A DNA stretch of 64,000 nt from Patescibacteria group bacterium. GTDB lineage: Bacteria > Patescibacteriota > Minisyncoccia > Phycocordibacterales > Phycocordibacteraceae. Both the position numbers and the translations under genes were made by a program. Position 1 is the first letter of the stretch, and each line of letters starts with the position of its first letter. The notes under the pieces are model-generated. The model was not told where the DNA came from, did no database searches, and was given only the letters and a program-made list of their open reading frames with translations. The stretch lies in contig JAJDCJ010000005.1 of NCBI GenBank assembly GCA_029260935.1, positions 16,073 to 80,072 on the forward strand, given 5' to 3'. Positions 9,742 through 19,027 of the stretch are shown here, piece after piece.

Positions 9742-9897
9742 GGGCAATGGTAGTTTCGGAAACTCGCGCAGGAGGACAGGCAGGGTTCACGGCATAGTGG
9801 TTTTTTGTACAGCAGTGCAATGCCGTGACTGACCGACGAGCGGTAGTGCTGGTGCCTCGCTGGGACGCCACGTATGGTTCCGAAACTACCATTGCCC
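9742..9897. repeat. 156-nt element closed by a perfect 20-bp inverted repeat (ncRNA or MITE-like)
   Basis: GGGCAATGGTAGTTTCGGAA 9742-9761 / TTCCGAAACTACCATTGCCC 9878-9897; inner stem TCACGGCAT/ATGCCGTGA. Confidence 0.7.
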
Positions 9898-9908
9898 AAA
9901 GCGCCTCT

Positions 9909-11312
9909 TTAATTGACCTCCTTCCAAAGATGAAGCTTATAGTTCTGCGAAGTAACAGGAGTAAATGGTGGTGGGGTAATTGAAAGACTTTGATCAAAAG
10001 AGTCGTTGCGCTGGTTAAATCCTGAAACATAGACACCGCCACTCGTCCATTTCGTCCCTACCCTTCCCTTTGAAACTACACTCCCTGTCGTGTTCAAAAT
10101 TGCGCGCGTCGCAAACGGATCATAGAGAGAGGGTAGAAAGGAGGTGCTGTAGTGGTTTCTTCCAAAGTGTCCATTTTGTGCAATAAACACCCCACGAATG
10201 TCCATTATATTAGGAACTTGGAGACCCACTAATATGTCCGATTCAGCAATGGCCGTCAGGCCATCGCCTTGTGCGTTTGCATACGTAATGTTTCCGTTCA
10301 ATATAATTGAAGGTTCAATGGACTGCGGACTAATGTTAGCGGCCGCAATAACTGCCTTTCCGCTCACGACTCCATCAAGCCATATATCATCTTCTGCAAA
10401 TACCACCGGGCAATTCGTAGGCACTGCATAATTAACGACGTTTGCCGTATTGGTAATAACAGAGCGCTCGCGTTGCCATCCATTTTTTGTTGAGTATCCC
10501 CACACAAGAGCTGTTCCGGTAACCTCCCGTACATCAACTGTTCCATTATTTCTAAAGGTTACCTGATATCCCTGTCCACCGGTCGGTGGCAAGTACACAC
10601 CGGAGGAAACAGCAAAACCTTTCAACTGCGCTAGGTCAACTGAGATACCACTGAAGTCAACTCCGGGTGTCGGAAACTCCCACAACTGTTGTGGCCCGCC
10701 TGAACCGAATACGCCATTTTTTGTAGAAGCAGGACTGCATCCAAAGCTTGAAGTACACGTCCAACTTTCCACCCCTGATGAAACTTTTGCATTATGGGTC
10801 CCGTCCATACGCACACCTTGGTTTGAATGATACGGCCCATTAATAATACGGTCGGAGCCAGCCCATACATTGGCGTCAACTATATGTGAAAACTCAGCAA
10901 CCGATGGCTGTACATACGTCGCCTCAACGGTTCGTTTGTATGCTGGAGCAGCTACTGTTTGACCTGTTGAAACAATTTTAATACTTGATACTGCGCCACA
11001 AAAAATATCAGCATCAATATCAAGCGAGAAACTCCCCACTGTTCCCCCTTCAGGGTCAGGAACAGTATGCACGTAAGGCCCAGGAAGTCCCGTGCCGTTC
11101 GTTATATCGTTTTCGTTGTGTGCAAGGAACCATTTATAATATTCTAAACCTGCTTCTGCAAAATGAAGCGCCTTCTCTTGATTTTCTTTTGCTAATTGCG
11201 CCTTTTTTTGTACAAAAATAAATCCTGACAAGGAAGAAAGGAGTGTAAAAAACACAGCAGAAAAAACTAAAACCAAAATAACAAAGAAGCCACGGTGATA
11301 AAGTTTATTCAT
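9909..11312 (-). CDS. PilX-like minor pilin / pilus assembly protein
   Basis: RG|FFVILVLV N-terminus, ALHFAEAGLE motif; in pilus operon. Confidence 0.75.
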   Translation of the reverse strand: MNKLYHRGFFVILVLVFSAVFFTLLSSLSGFIFVQKKAQLAKENQEKALHFAEAGLEYYKWFLAHNENDITNGTGLPGPYVHTVPDPEGGTVGSFSLDIDADIFCGAVSSIKIVSTGQTVAAPAYKRTVEATYVQPSVAEFSHIVDANVWAGSDRIINGPYHSNQGVRMDGTHNAKVSSGVESWTCTSSFGCSPASTKNGVFGSGGPQQLWEFPTPGVDFSGISVDLAQLKGFAVSSGVYLPPTGGQGYQVTFRNNGTVDVREVTGTALVWGYSTKNGWQRERSVITNTANVVNYAVPTNCPVVFAEDDIWLDGVVSGKAVIAAANISPQSIEPSIILNGNITYANAQGDGLTAIAESDILVGLQVPNIMDIRGVFIAQNGHFGRNHYSTSFLPSLYDPFATRAILNTTGSVVSKGRVGTKWTSGGVYVSGFNQRNDSFDQSLSITPPPFTPVTSQNYKLHLWKEVN

Positions 11313-11898
11313 TTCGTAAATTTCTTAAGGTAGCACTTGAACGCAGTGTAAACTCTTCAGGTGCACGAATGGGCTGGATATTAACAATGAGATTAACGCT
11401 AATAAAACGAACACCGCCGATATCAGTGTAGTTGGTAATCTCAACTCCATCCTTATCATAGTATCTGAATATTTTTTTTCCCGTCTCTAAGTTGCGCACA
11501 TACTCAGATACGTTCGTGGTCACACCAAGACCACTATAGGAAGGAGGTATACCTAAGGAATCAAGTGTGATGCGCTCCAGTCGTGTCCCTGAAAGTGAAT
11601 AGGTTATTCTCTCAACACTCTGATCTGAGTCCGTGTCACTAAAAAAAGTAATTGTTGTTGATCCTATAGTAAGTAGCGGATATGAGCCATCGTCGCCGTG
11701 AATTGCTTCGCGTAAGTCCTGCACCATAAATTCAACCCCCTTGCGCGCACTGTTTATTTGAAACGACTGCTCTAGAGATGACGCGTTAGTCCGATAAAAG
11801 AAAAGGATGGACAATACAATGACCGACATAATAATAGTGATAATGGCGATGCTCACCACAGTTTCAAGAAGGGTAAATGCGCGTAATTGTTTTTGCAT
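11305..11898 (-). CDS. Type IV minor pilin (PilW/GspJ-like)
   Basis: Prepilin site A|FTLLE plus hydrophobic helix. Confidence 0.85.
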   Translation of the reverse strand: MQKQLRAFTLLETVVSIAIITIIMSVIVLSILFFYRTNASSLEQSFQINSARKGVEFMVQDLREAIHGDDGSYPLLTIGSTTITFFSDTDSDQSVERITYSLSGTRLERITLDSLGIPPSYSGLGVTTNVSEYVRNLETGKKIFRYYDKDGVEITNYTDIGGVRFISVNLIVNIQPIRAPEEFTLRSSATLRNLRNE

Positions 11899-11901
11899 AC
11901 G

Positions 11902-13674
11902 TTATATTCCCACCAAGTTTACGGACAGTGTGGTGTCACCTGAAACGGTGACTTGCTCTACCTGTGTTTGGAAACCAGACTTGGTCACTGTCACTGTGTA
12001 AGGACTACCTATTGGTACGTTTCCAAAAAATGACTGCCCACACGCGGACGTTGGATTGTTTCCGGTAACCACCCCGCTGTCAATAGCAACACCAGCGTTT
12101 GAAATTGGCGCACCGTTTGCACTCACACTCACACGCAATGAGTGTGCAGAAGGAGTGCCAAGTATCAACGAAGCATTCAGGGATGCACCAGGAAGCACCG
12201 AAAGCACTCCCGGGCACAACTCTACAAGGTCGTACACACCAGTGTCTATCGTTAGATTATACGTGTCCCATTCAAGCGAAGGTTGGGACGCCTGCCCAAG
12301 CGAGTCGGTAGTAAGTAAATTAAGGAACTTGCGAATAGGGAGACCGCCTGCTGTTGTGCCCACTGTTTTGTTTCCAAAAACAGTAACCGCAACTCCCGGA
12401 AGTGGTGTTGGGCCAGCACTGTATGAAACGGACCAATCAAGGAGTGCCGGTGTCTCTGCGGTATCCAAAGTGGTGAGAGTAGCTACCAACTGAAGCGAGC
12501 TGTACGTTGTAACAGAAAGGAAAGAAAGGTTTATAGTGCCTTCGCTAAATCCAAGCGAGTTATTAGGAAGGTCAGTATCAGGAATGAGTACATAGTCAGT
12601 GCCGTTAAAGTAGAGCACCTGTACGGTAGCCGAAGTGTTTGGTGATGTTGTCGTATTAAACACAAGCTGGTTCCATGAAACGAGAAAGTTCGGTGCAATA
12701 AACTGAGAAGACGCCATGCCACTTGAAGCGTATGGACCGCCTCCTGACAGAACAACAGCACCTCCCACAACATCAGTGCTTGATGTTGTTACGAGTCCTG
12801 ACGACGAATTAAATGTATCGGTGAAACTTCCGGGACCTATCGGCTCAAACGTTGCTAGATTAAGTGAGCCGAACCGGTCAATTGCAAAACTAATTGACGT
12901 CGTGTCACCATCAAGTACCGAAACATGTGTCGGTGACGGGTTGGGGTTTTGAGTTGTTACGCTGTAGGTTTGTGCTGTTGAATATCCACTTTTAGTAACG
13001 GTAATTTCATACCCTGAACCCTGAGGTGAGCCGGGGAAAGAAACAACACCGGACTCATTAGCAGACGACGTGACATCAACGTTTGGTGTTACTGAACTAT
13101 TAACTATACGAACACTTGCTTGTGGCACCGATTGAGTCAATGCATCAAATACATTTACCCGCAATGTTCCGCCACTTGCGAGTGTTTCCAAACCAATAGG
13201 TGATACATACGTGACCGCCGATGTTGAACGTGGAACGTCGCGCACACTCCACAGAACCTCAACTTTAACTAACTTATAGTCAACAGGTGTATTGTTTTCG
13301 TCTGCTTGATCGAGCCCGTCTTCCGGCGCATCAATAAATTGAACAAGGGTGCGTAATGTGTAGTTTGTACCGTTTAAACTCACCTGCTCAAGCTGTGCGA
13401 TGGGCCCTGCTGGAATCCCTGCAACCGTTCCGACAGAGCTATACGGAAGTGAGCGAATAAACTCAATACGCTCATTCATAAGTGCCACTGCTCCTATTTT
13501 TGTTTTTGTTGAAAACACTAAATCAATAGACAATTTAAATGCCCCAAAAATCCCCAAGAACACAATGGTCATTATTGAAACACCAACAACCACTTCAATC
13601 AGCGTGATACCCCGCGCACCACTCGGCCGGGTGCGCTGTTTTTTCCTGCTCACTGCTCTATGCTGAGTGCTCAT
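11902..13674 (-). CDS. Large PilV-like pilin with Ig/carboxypeptidase-regulatory-like domains
   Basis: G|ITLIE prepilin site; repeated YxITVTKSGY/F beta-sandwich motifs. Confidence 0.8.
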   Translation of the reverse strand: MSTQHRAVSRKKQRTRPSGARGITLIEVVVGVSIMTIVFLGIFGAFKLSIDLVFSTKTKIGAVALMNERIEFIRSLPYSSVGTVAGIPAGPIAQLEQVSLNGTNYTLRTLVQFIDAPEDGLDQADENNTPVDYKLVKVEVLWSVRDVPRSTSAVTYVSPIGLETLASGGTLRVNVFDALTQSVPQASVRIVNSSVTPNVDVTSSANESGVVSFPGSPQGSGYEITVTKSGYSTAQTYSVTTQNPNPSPTHVSVLDGDTTSISFAIDRFGSLNLATFEPIGPGSFTDTFNSSSGLVTTSSTDVVGGAVVLSGGGPYASSGMASSQFIAPNFLVSWNQLVFNTTTSPNTSATVQVLYFNGTDYVLIPDTDLPNNSLGFSEGTINLSFLSVTTYSSLQLVATLTTLDTAETPALLDWSVSYSAGPTPLPGVAVTVFGNKTVGTTAGGLPIRKFLNLLTTDSLGQASQPSLEWDTYNLTIDTGVYDLVELCPGVLSVLPGASLNASLILGTPSAHSLRVSVSANGAPISNAGVAIDSGVVTGNNPTSACGQSFFGNVPIGSPYTVTVTKSGFQTQVEQVTVSGDTTLSVNLVGI

Positions 13675-13688
13675 TGCTGTTTCTTGTT

Positions 13689-14906
13689 CTAAATACTGTT
13701 AGATAACGAATAAATGGGGGCAATCATTGAGATTGCAAAAAATCCCACACCTGCACCAATAATAAGCATGAGAAACGGTTCAATAATAGTTGAAAGGTCT
13801 TTGGTCTGTTGTTCAACCGATTCTTCGTAAAAATCAGCTGTTTCTTTAAGAAGACCTGAAAGGCGTCCTGTCTCTTCTCCCACTGCAACCATTTCGGAAA
13901 CGAGCGGAGGATATAAGTTTGGATGGTTTCCAAACGACTCTGAAAGGTTTTTTCCTTTTACGACTCCAGCTTCGGCTTCGGCTAACACCGCTTGGTAGGC
14001 TTTATTTTGTAGTACGTCTTTGGTAATTGCAATTGCAAGCACCATATCAACACCTGATGAAAGGAGGGACGAAAGCGTGCGTGCGGTGCGCGCTGAGTTG
14101 GTTTCAACAACAAGCTGTTGAATTACTGGTGTTTTTAACATAAGCCAGTCTACAAGATCTCTCCCGCGTGTTGTCCGTATAAAAACAACACCACCAACAG
14201 TAACGGCTACCAATAGTGAAAATGAAAGCAGTGGACTTGTTGAGAGAAAATTACTGAGAGCAATAATAACTTGCGTTGTTGGTGGAAGCTCTGTTCCCAG
14301 TTCCTCAAATGTTTGTGTGAGCGTTGGCACTACATAAATAAGCATTAAAATCCCGATAATGATCATCGCAAACAACACGACTGACGGGTACATAAGGGCA
14401 CCGCGAATTTTCTTTTTGAGCGTACTTGTTTTTTCCATCTGTGTTGAGACAACACGTAAACTTTCTGAAAGTTTACCTGACTCTTCCCCTGCACGCACCA
14501 TGGAAATAAGCAGTGGTGAGAACACATTATCAAACTTAGAAAATGCAACTGAAAGCGGGCTTCCCCGCCCTACTTCTGCGGTGATACTCTTCAGAATAAG
14601 CTTAAGACGTGGATTTTTTGATTGACGCTCCATCACTGAAAGTGCGCGACTGGTGGTGAGTCCTGCCTCAAGCATGGCAGCTAAGTTACGCGTCAATACC
14701 ACCTTCTCGTCGGCGTTTACTCCTTGAAAAATGACTGAGAGTGAGTCAAGAGAAAAGAGAGATTTCTTTTGGTCTTCAGTCAGTGACGTTAAGTGGTCGC
14801 CTCTCTCTCGCACCTGCTTGTAGACGTCAAAACGATCTGGAGCTTCAATAATCTCCTCGTAGGGTTTGTTATCTTTGGCAACAGCGCTAACGTGATACTT
14901 TGGCAC
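13689..14906 (-). CDS. pilC: Type IV pilus platform protein PilC/GspF
   Basis: AGEESGKL, ALMYP, VGEETG, IIEP duplicated T2SSF domains. Confidence 0.95.
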   Translation of the reverse strand: MPKYHVSAVAKDNKPYEEIIEAPDRFDVYKQVRERGDHLTSLTEDQKKSLFSLDSLSVIFQGVNADEKVVLTRNLAAMLEAGLTTSRALSVMERQSKNPRLKLILKSITAEVGRGSPLSVAFSKFDNVFSPLLISMVRAGEESGKLSESLRVVSTQMEKTSTLKKKIRGALMYPSVVLFAMIIIGILMLIYVVPTLTQTFEELGTELPPTTQVIIALSNFLSTSPLLSFSLLVAVTVGGVVFIRTTRGRDLVDWLMLKTPVIQQLVVETNSARTARTLSSLLSSGVDMVLAIAITKDVLQNKAYQAVLAEAEAGVVKGKNLSESFGNHPNLYPPLVSEMVAVGEETGRLSGLLKETADFYEESVEQQTKDLSTIIEPFLMLIIGAGVGFFAISMIAPIYSLSNSI

Positions 14907-14957
14907 AGTACTTTTATTCTACGCTACTTTTTTTGCACCCTCGCTCCCTGTCCACGC

Positions 14958-15107
14958 TCACGTGTGCTCAACTGTACGACATATTCTATTACAACCACTG
15001 CAATAGTACTTAGTGTATAAATGAAACTTTACTGAATATGTTTTATCACAATGAATGAACTCTGGCTTACATCCTTGTTCGGATTCAAATAAAGATTGTT
15101 CTCTCAT
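14958..15107 (-). CDS. Small Cys/His-rich protein (49 aa)
   Basis: MREQSLFESEQGCKPEFIHCDKTYSVKFHLYTKYYCSGCNRICRTVEHT; TAGAAT 6 nt upstream of ATG; fills the pilB-pilC gap co-directionally. Confidence 0.5.
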   Translation of the reverse strand: MREQSLFESEQGCKPEFIHCDKTYSVKFHLYTKYYCSGCNRICRTVEHT

Positions 15108-15133
15108 ACATGTATTCTATCAAGACAGAGAAG

Positions 15134-16870
15134 CTATTCCGAAACAACACGTAACACTTCCTCAATACTGGTTACGCCAAGCGCCGCTTTGTAAATACCG
15201 TCTTCAATCATAGTGAGCATACCTTCTTTCTTTGCCTGAGATTCAATTTTTGTAGCATCAGCTCCTTGTAAAATAAGCTCTCTAATTTCAGCAGTGATAG
15301 GGAGTATTTCATGAATGCCGATACGGCTCGCATATCCTTCAGGGCATGCTTTTGTTTCCTTTGGTCGGTAGAATGGAATATCTGAAACTTTTGCATCTTT
15401 CTCTATCTTTCCCTCTTTTTTGAGTACTGCCAATATCTTCTTGAGGTCAACTGACTCCTCCATTTCCTCCCTCTCCTTAGGGGAAAGGGTATACTCTTCC
15501 CTGCTTTCACAAAGTTTACGCACGAGTCTTTGCCCAACAATAACGCGCAATGTTGAAACTAAAAGAAAGGACTCCGCTTCCATATCAACTAAGCGCGGAA
15601 TGGTGGCAGAAGCCGAGTTCGTGTGAAGTGTTGACAGCACCACGTGCCCGGTGAGTGCTGCATTAACTGCAAGCGATGCTGTTTCCGTGTCACGGATTTC
15701 CCCCACCATAATAATGTCGGGGTCTTGTCGCACTAACGTGCGCAGTCCTTGGGCAAAGGTAAACCCGATGTCAGGACGTACCTGTGTTTGATTAACGCGC
15801 GGCATCTGATATTCAATAGGGTCTTCAATTGTTGAGATATTCACTTCAGGCGCGTTTAAAATATCAAGTATGGTGTAGAGTGTCGTAGTTTTACCACTTC
15901 CTGTTGGTCCTGTTACCAAAATCATACCCGTTTTCTGCCGTGTTGCATCATGAATATGCTCAAGTCCCGCACCATGAAAACCAAGACTCTCAAGGGTAAA
16001 GTTACCGCCACCTTCACGTAAAAGACGCATTACTATTTTTTCTCCATAGAAAGTAGGAAGTATTGATACACGGAAACTCACCCGCTCTAGATCGGCTTCT
16101 ATTTTAAACCTCCCATCCTGCGGAAGTCGTTTCTCGTCTAACTTAAGAGAGCTCAGCACCTTAATACGTGCCGTCACTCCCGCTGCAACGTGTGCAGGAA
16201 GCTCCATCGCATCGTGCAATAGTCCGTCAACGCGATACCTAATAAGGAGTTTTTCCTCCAAGGGCTCAATATGAATGTCAGAGGCATTTTGAATAATGGC
16301 GTGGCGCAGTAGTGTGTCTACAATTTTCACCACCGGTACATCCTCTGCCAAAAGTGCCAAACCCTTCTCGTCTAAATCTGTTTGCGTTGCAAGTGTTTGC
16401 GAAGCAGATTTAATAATGTCTCCAAACTCTTCTTTAAGGGTTTTTTGATAGAGCAACAACGCGTACTTGATTGACGCAACATCGGTGAGACGTGGGAGTA
16501 TTTTCAACCCTACTTTCTTTTTAATAAAATCAATTGACGCGATGTCGTTAGTATCAAGCATGGCAACTTCAAGCGACGTCTCGTCTTTTGTATATGCAAC
16601 AACATTATTGTTGCGTGCAATTGGCTCGGGAATAAGCATCAAAACATCTAAGTCAATTTTTGCCTTTACGAGAGACACGAACGGGATACCTAAAATATGT
16701 GCCTCCATACGACGAACGTCATCTTCTGAAAGAGACCCCAAGGAAACAATGGCATCTTTGAGTGATACTTTTTTTTCTTTTGCCATGCGCTCGGCCTCTT
16801 CTATGTCTTTGCGCGAAACCAAGCCCGAATCAATGGTAAACACCTTTAGTTGTTCGTCAGAAACCTTCAT
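15134..16870 (-). CDS. pilB: Type IV pilus extension ATPase PilB/GspE
   Basis: GPTGSGKTT, TIEDPIE, RQDPDIIMVGEIRD, STLHTN. Confidence 0.96.
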   Translation of the reverse strand: MKVSDEQLKVFTIDSGLVSRKDIEEAERMAKEKKVSLKDAIVSLGSLSEDDVRRMEAHILGIPFVSLVKAKIDLDVLMLIPEPIARNNNVVAYTKDETSLEVAMLDTNDIASIDFIKKKVGLKILPRLTDVASIKYALLLYQKTLKEEFGDIIKSASQTLATQTDLDEKGLALLAEDVPVVKIVDTLLRHAIIQNASDIHIEPLEEKLLIRYRVDGLLHDAMELPAHVAAGVTARIKVLSSLKLDEKRLPQDGRFKIEADLERVSFRVSILPTFYGEKIVMRLLREGGGNFTLESLGFHGAGLEHIHDATRQKTGMILVTGPTGSGKTTTLYTILDILNAPEVNISTIEDPIEYQMPRVNQTQVRPDIGFTFAQGLRTLVRQDPDIIMVGEIRDTETASLAVNAALTGHVVLSTLHTNSASATIPRLVDMEAESFLLVSTLRVIVGQRLVRKLCESREEYTLSPKEREEMEESVDLKKILAVLKKEGKIEKDAKVSDIPFYRPKETKACPEGYASRIGIHEILPITAEIRELILQGADATKIESQAKKEGMLTMIEDGIYKAALGVTSIEEVLRVVSE

Positions 16871-16910
16871 ATCTTTTATTTTAGCGCAGAAAAATACCTT
16901 TGAATTGTTT

Positions 16911-16997
16911 TTGACAAAAAGTACCCCTTTGGTATATACTAGTTTTATAACCGAATATCAGTATATGGAAGCTCGTCCTGAATAGACGGGTTTTTTT
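16911..16997 (+). promoter_or_regulatory. sigma70-like promoter and terminator-like leader hairpin upstream of nusA
   Basis: TTGACA 16911, TATACT 16935; GCTCGTC-loop-GACGGGT followed by a T-run. Confidence 0.55.
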
Positions 16998-17011
16998 AAT
17001 GAAAAAAATAT

Positions 17012-18409
17012 ATGTTTGACCTTAAAGGAATTAACTTAGTAGTAGAACAACTTGCAGAAGAGCGCGGTATTCCACGTGAAAAAATGCTGGAAGCAGTAGA
17101 GAATGCACTGGCAACTGCGTATAAAAAAGAATATGGAAAACGCGGACAGATTATAAAATCCCAGTTTAACATTGAGACCGGTGACCTTGATTTTTATCAG
17201 GTTAAGTTAGTGGTTGACCCATCTGAGGTTCGTATAGACGAAGAGGGAGAAGAGAACGAAAAGAAAGGAGACGGAGAAGACACAGACGAGCGCCCACACT
17301 TTAATGAAGAGCAACATATGTTTCTAGAGGATGCTCAACGAATTAAACGAGACGCTGAAATTGGCACCGAGATTACCTTCCCTCTTGAGACAAAAACTGA
17401 CTTTGGTCGCATTGCTGCACAAACTGCAAAACAGGTAATTATGCAGAAGATCCGTGAAGCGGAGCGCGCCAGTGTTATGGAAGAATTTGGTGGAAAAGAA
17501 GGTGACATTGTAACCGGTGTGGTACAGCGACTTGAACGTGGCAACCTTTACTTAGACCTTGGTCGTGCAACCGGCATTATGCCGTATGCAGAACAAATTC
17601 CCGGTGAACGTTTTCGCCCCGGCGAGCGTATTCGTGCCTTTCTCTTTTCAGTTGAAGAAGGTCAGCGCGGCGTGTTCCTTCGTCTGTCTCGTTCACACCC
17701 TAAGTTCTTGGAAAAACTATTTGAACTTGAAGTGCCTGAGCTTGGCAACGAAACTATCGCTATAAAGGCAATTGCACGAGAAGCAGGAAGTCGCTCAAAA
17801 GTAGCAGTGGTGGCACTTGATGATCGTATTGACCCCGTTGGCGCATTAGTAGGCCAACGCGGAGTGCGTGTATCAACAGTTACGAGTGAGCTCGGCGGAG
17901 AACGCCTTGATATTATTGAGTGGTCCGAAAATGAAACTGATTTTATTGAAGACGCCCTCTCTCCTGCAGAAATTCTCTCGGTTGAGCTTGATGCAGAAAA
18001 TCACCGCGCTGTTGTTGAGGTAACTGATGACCAACAGTCGCTTGCAATTGGAAGGGGCGGGCAAAACGTACGCCTTGCAGCAAAATTAACTGGATGGTCA
18101 ATTGATATTCACTCAGCACACGGCGCTGAACTTGCAGAAACTGATGGCGATGTGGTGTCAGTGGTACCAAAACCTGAAGAGGGGTCTGGAAACAGTGATG
18201 TTGAGCCAAGTGTAGTGCCTCACGAGGAAACACCAACTGAAAAAGAAGGTGCACTTGAAGCTGACCTTGAAAAAGCAGAGGGTGCCGTACAGCCACCCGA
18301 GGAAGCCCTTGAGTCGCCTGAGGAAATTGAAGTCGGCGAAAAAGAAGCGGAAGCCGTAGAAGGCGCCCCTGATGAGATGGATGAGGAAAAAGACTCCGAC
18401 AAGGAATGA
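17012..18409 (+). CDS. nusA: Transcription termination factor NusA with acidic tail
   Basis: FGRIAAQTAKQVI, AREAGSRSK, AIGRGGQNVRLA. Confidence 0.97.
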   Translation: MFDLKGINLVVEQLAEERGIPREKMLEAVENALATAYKKEYGKRGQIIKSQFNIETGDLDFYQVKLVVDPSEVRIDEEGEENEKKGDGEDTDERPHFNEEQHMFLEDAQRIKRDAEIGTEITFPLETKTDFGRIAAQTAKQVIMQKIREAERASVMEEFGGKEGDIVTGVVQRLERGNLYLDLGRATGIMPYAEQIPGERFRPGERIRAFLFSVEEGQRGVFLRLSRSHPKFLEKLFELEVPELGNETIAIKAIAREAGSRSKVAVVALDDRIDPVGALVGQRGVRVSTVTSELGGERLDIIEWSENETDFIEDALSPAEILSVELDAENHRAVVEVTDDQQSLAIGRGGQNVRLAAKLTGWSIDIHSAHGAELAETDGDVVSVVPKPEEGSGNSDVEPSVVPHEETPTEKEGALEADLEKAEGAVQPPEEALESPEEIEVGEKEAEAVEGAPDEMDEEKDSDKE

Positions 18410-18445
18410 TACAGTAGAGATACTTAACAAAAAATAAAAAAATCT

Positions 18446-18970
18446 ATGAACCTTTGGCACGACATTGACCCCGGAACCTCAGAAAAAATGAATGTCATTA
18501 TTGAGATTCCACGAAACTCTCGCAACAAATACGAAATAGACAAAGACACAGGACTTATTGCACTTGACCGTGTGACCCATACCGCGCAGGTATACCCTGT
18601 TGACTATGGTTTTGTACCACAAACCTATTGGGACGACGGCGATGCTTTGGATGCAATGATTCTCACCACTGAACCATTGGCGCCCGGAATACTCGTGCGT
18701 ACACGCCCTGTGGGTATTATGGATATGATTGATGGAGGCGACCCAGACGCAAAAATATTAGGTGTTCCTATTGGCGACCCTCGGTGGAAGGATGTACATG
18801 ACATTGGTGATGTAAATCCTCACACCATTAAAGAAATAGAACACTTTTTCTTAACGTATAAACAACTTCAAAATAAAAAGGTTGAAATAAAAGGATGGAA
18901 AGGAGCACAAGAAGCGCGCGAAGCGTTTGATCGCTCGCTTGAGCTCTACAAAGAAAAGTTTGGTAAATAA
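18446..18970 (+). CDS. ppa: Inorganic pyrophosphatase (family I)
   Basis: KYEIDK, YPVDYG, DGDALD. Confidence 0.96.
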   Translation: MNLWHDIDPGTSEKMNVIIEIPRNSRNKYEIDKDTGLIALDRVTHTAQVYPVDYGFVPQTYWDDGDALDAMILTTEPLAPGILVRTRPVGIMDMIDGGDPDAKILGVPIGDPRWKDVHDIGDVNPHTIKEIEHFFLTYKQLQNKKVEIKGWKGAQEAREAFDRSLELYKEKFGK

Positions 18971-18982
18971 TATAGTCTCCCC

Positions 18983-19022
18983 ACACAAAAACCCCGCGCC
19001 TTAGGGCGCGGGGTTTTTGTGT
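18983..19022. terminator. Bidirectional intrinsic terminator (ppa/comM)
   Basis: ACACAAAAACCCCGCGCC-TTAG-GGCGCGGGGTTTTTGTGT. Confidence 0.85.
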
Positions 19023-19027
19023 ATCTC

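Noticed and set aside
9742-9897. RNase P, tmRNA or SRP identity for the hairpin element
   Set aside because: No GAGGAAAGTCC, no tRNA-like ends, no SRP GGAA-loop motif.
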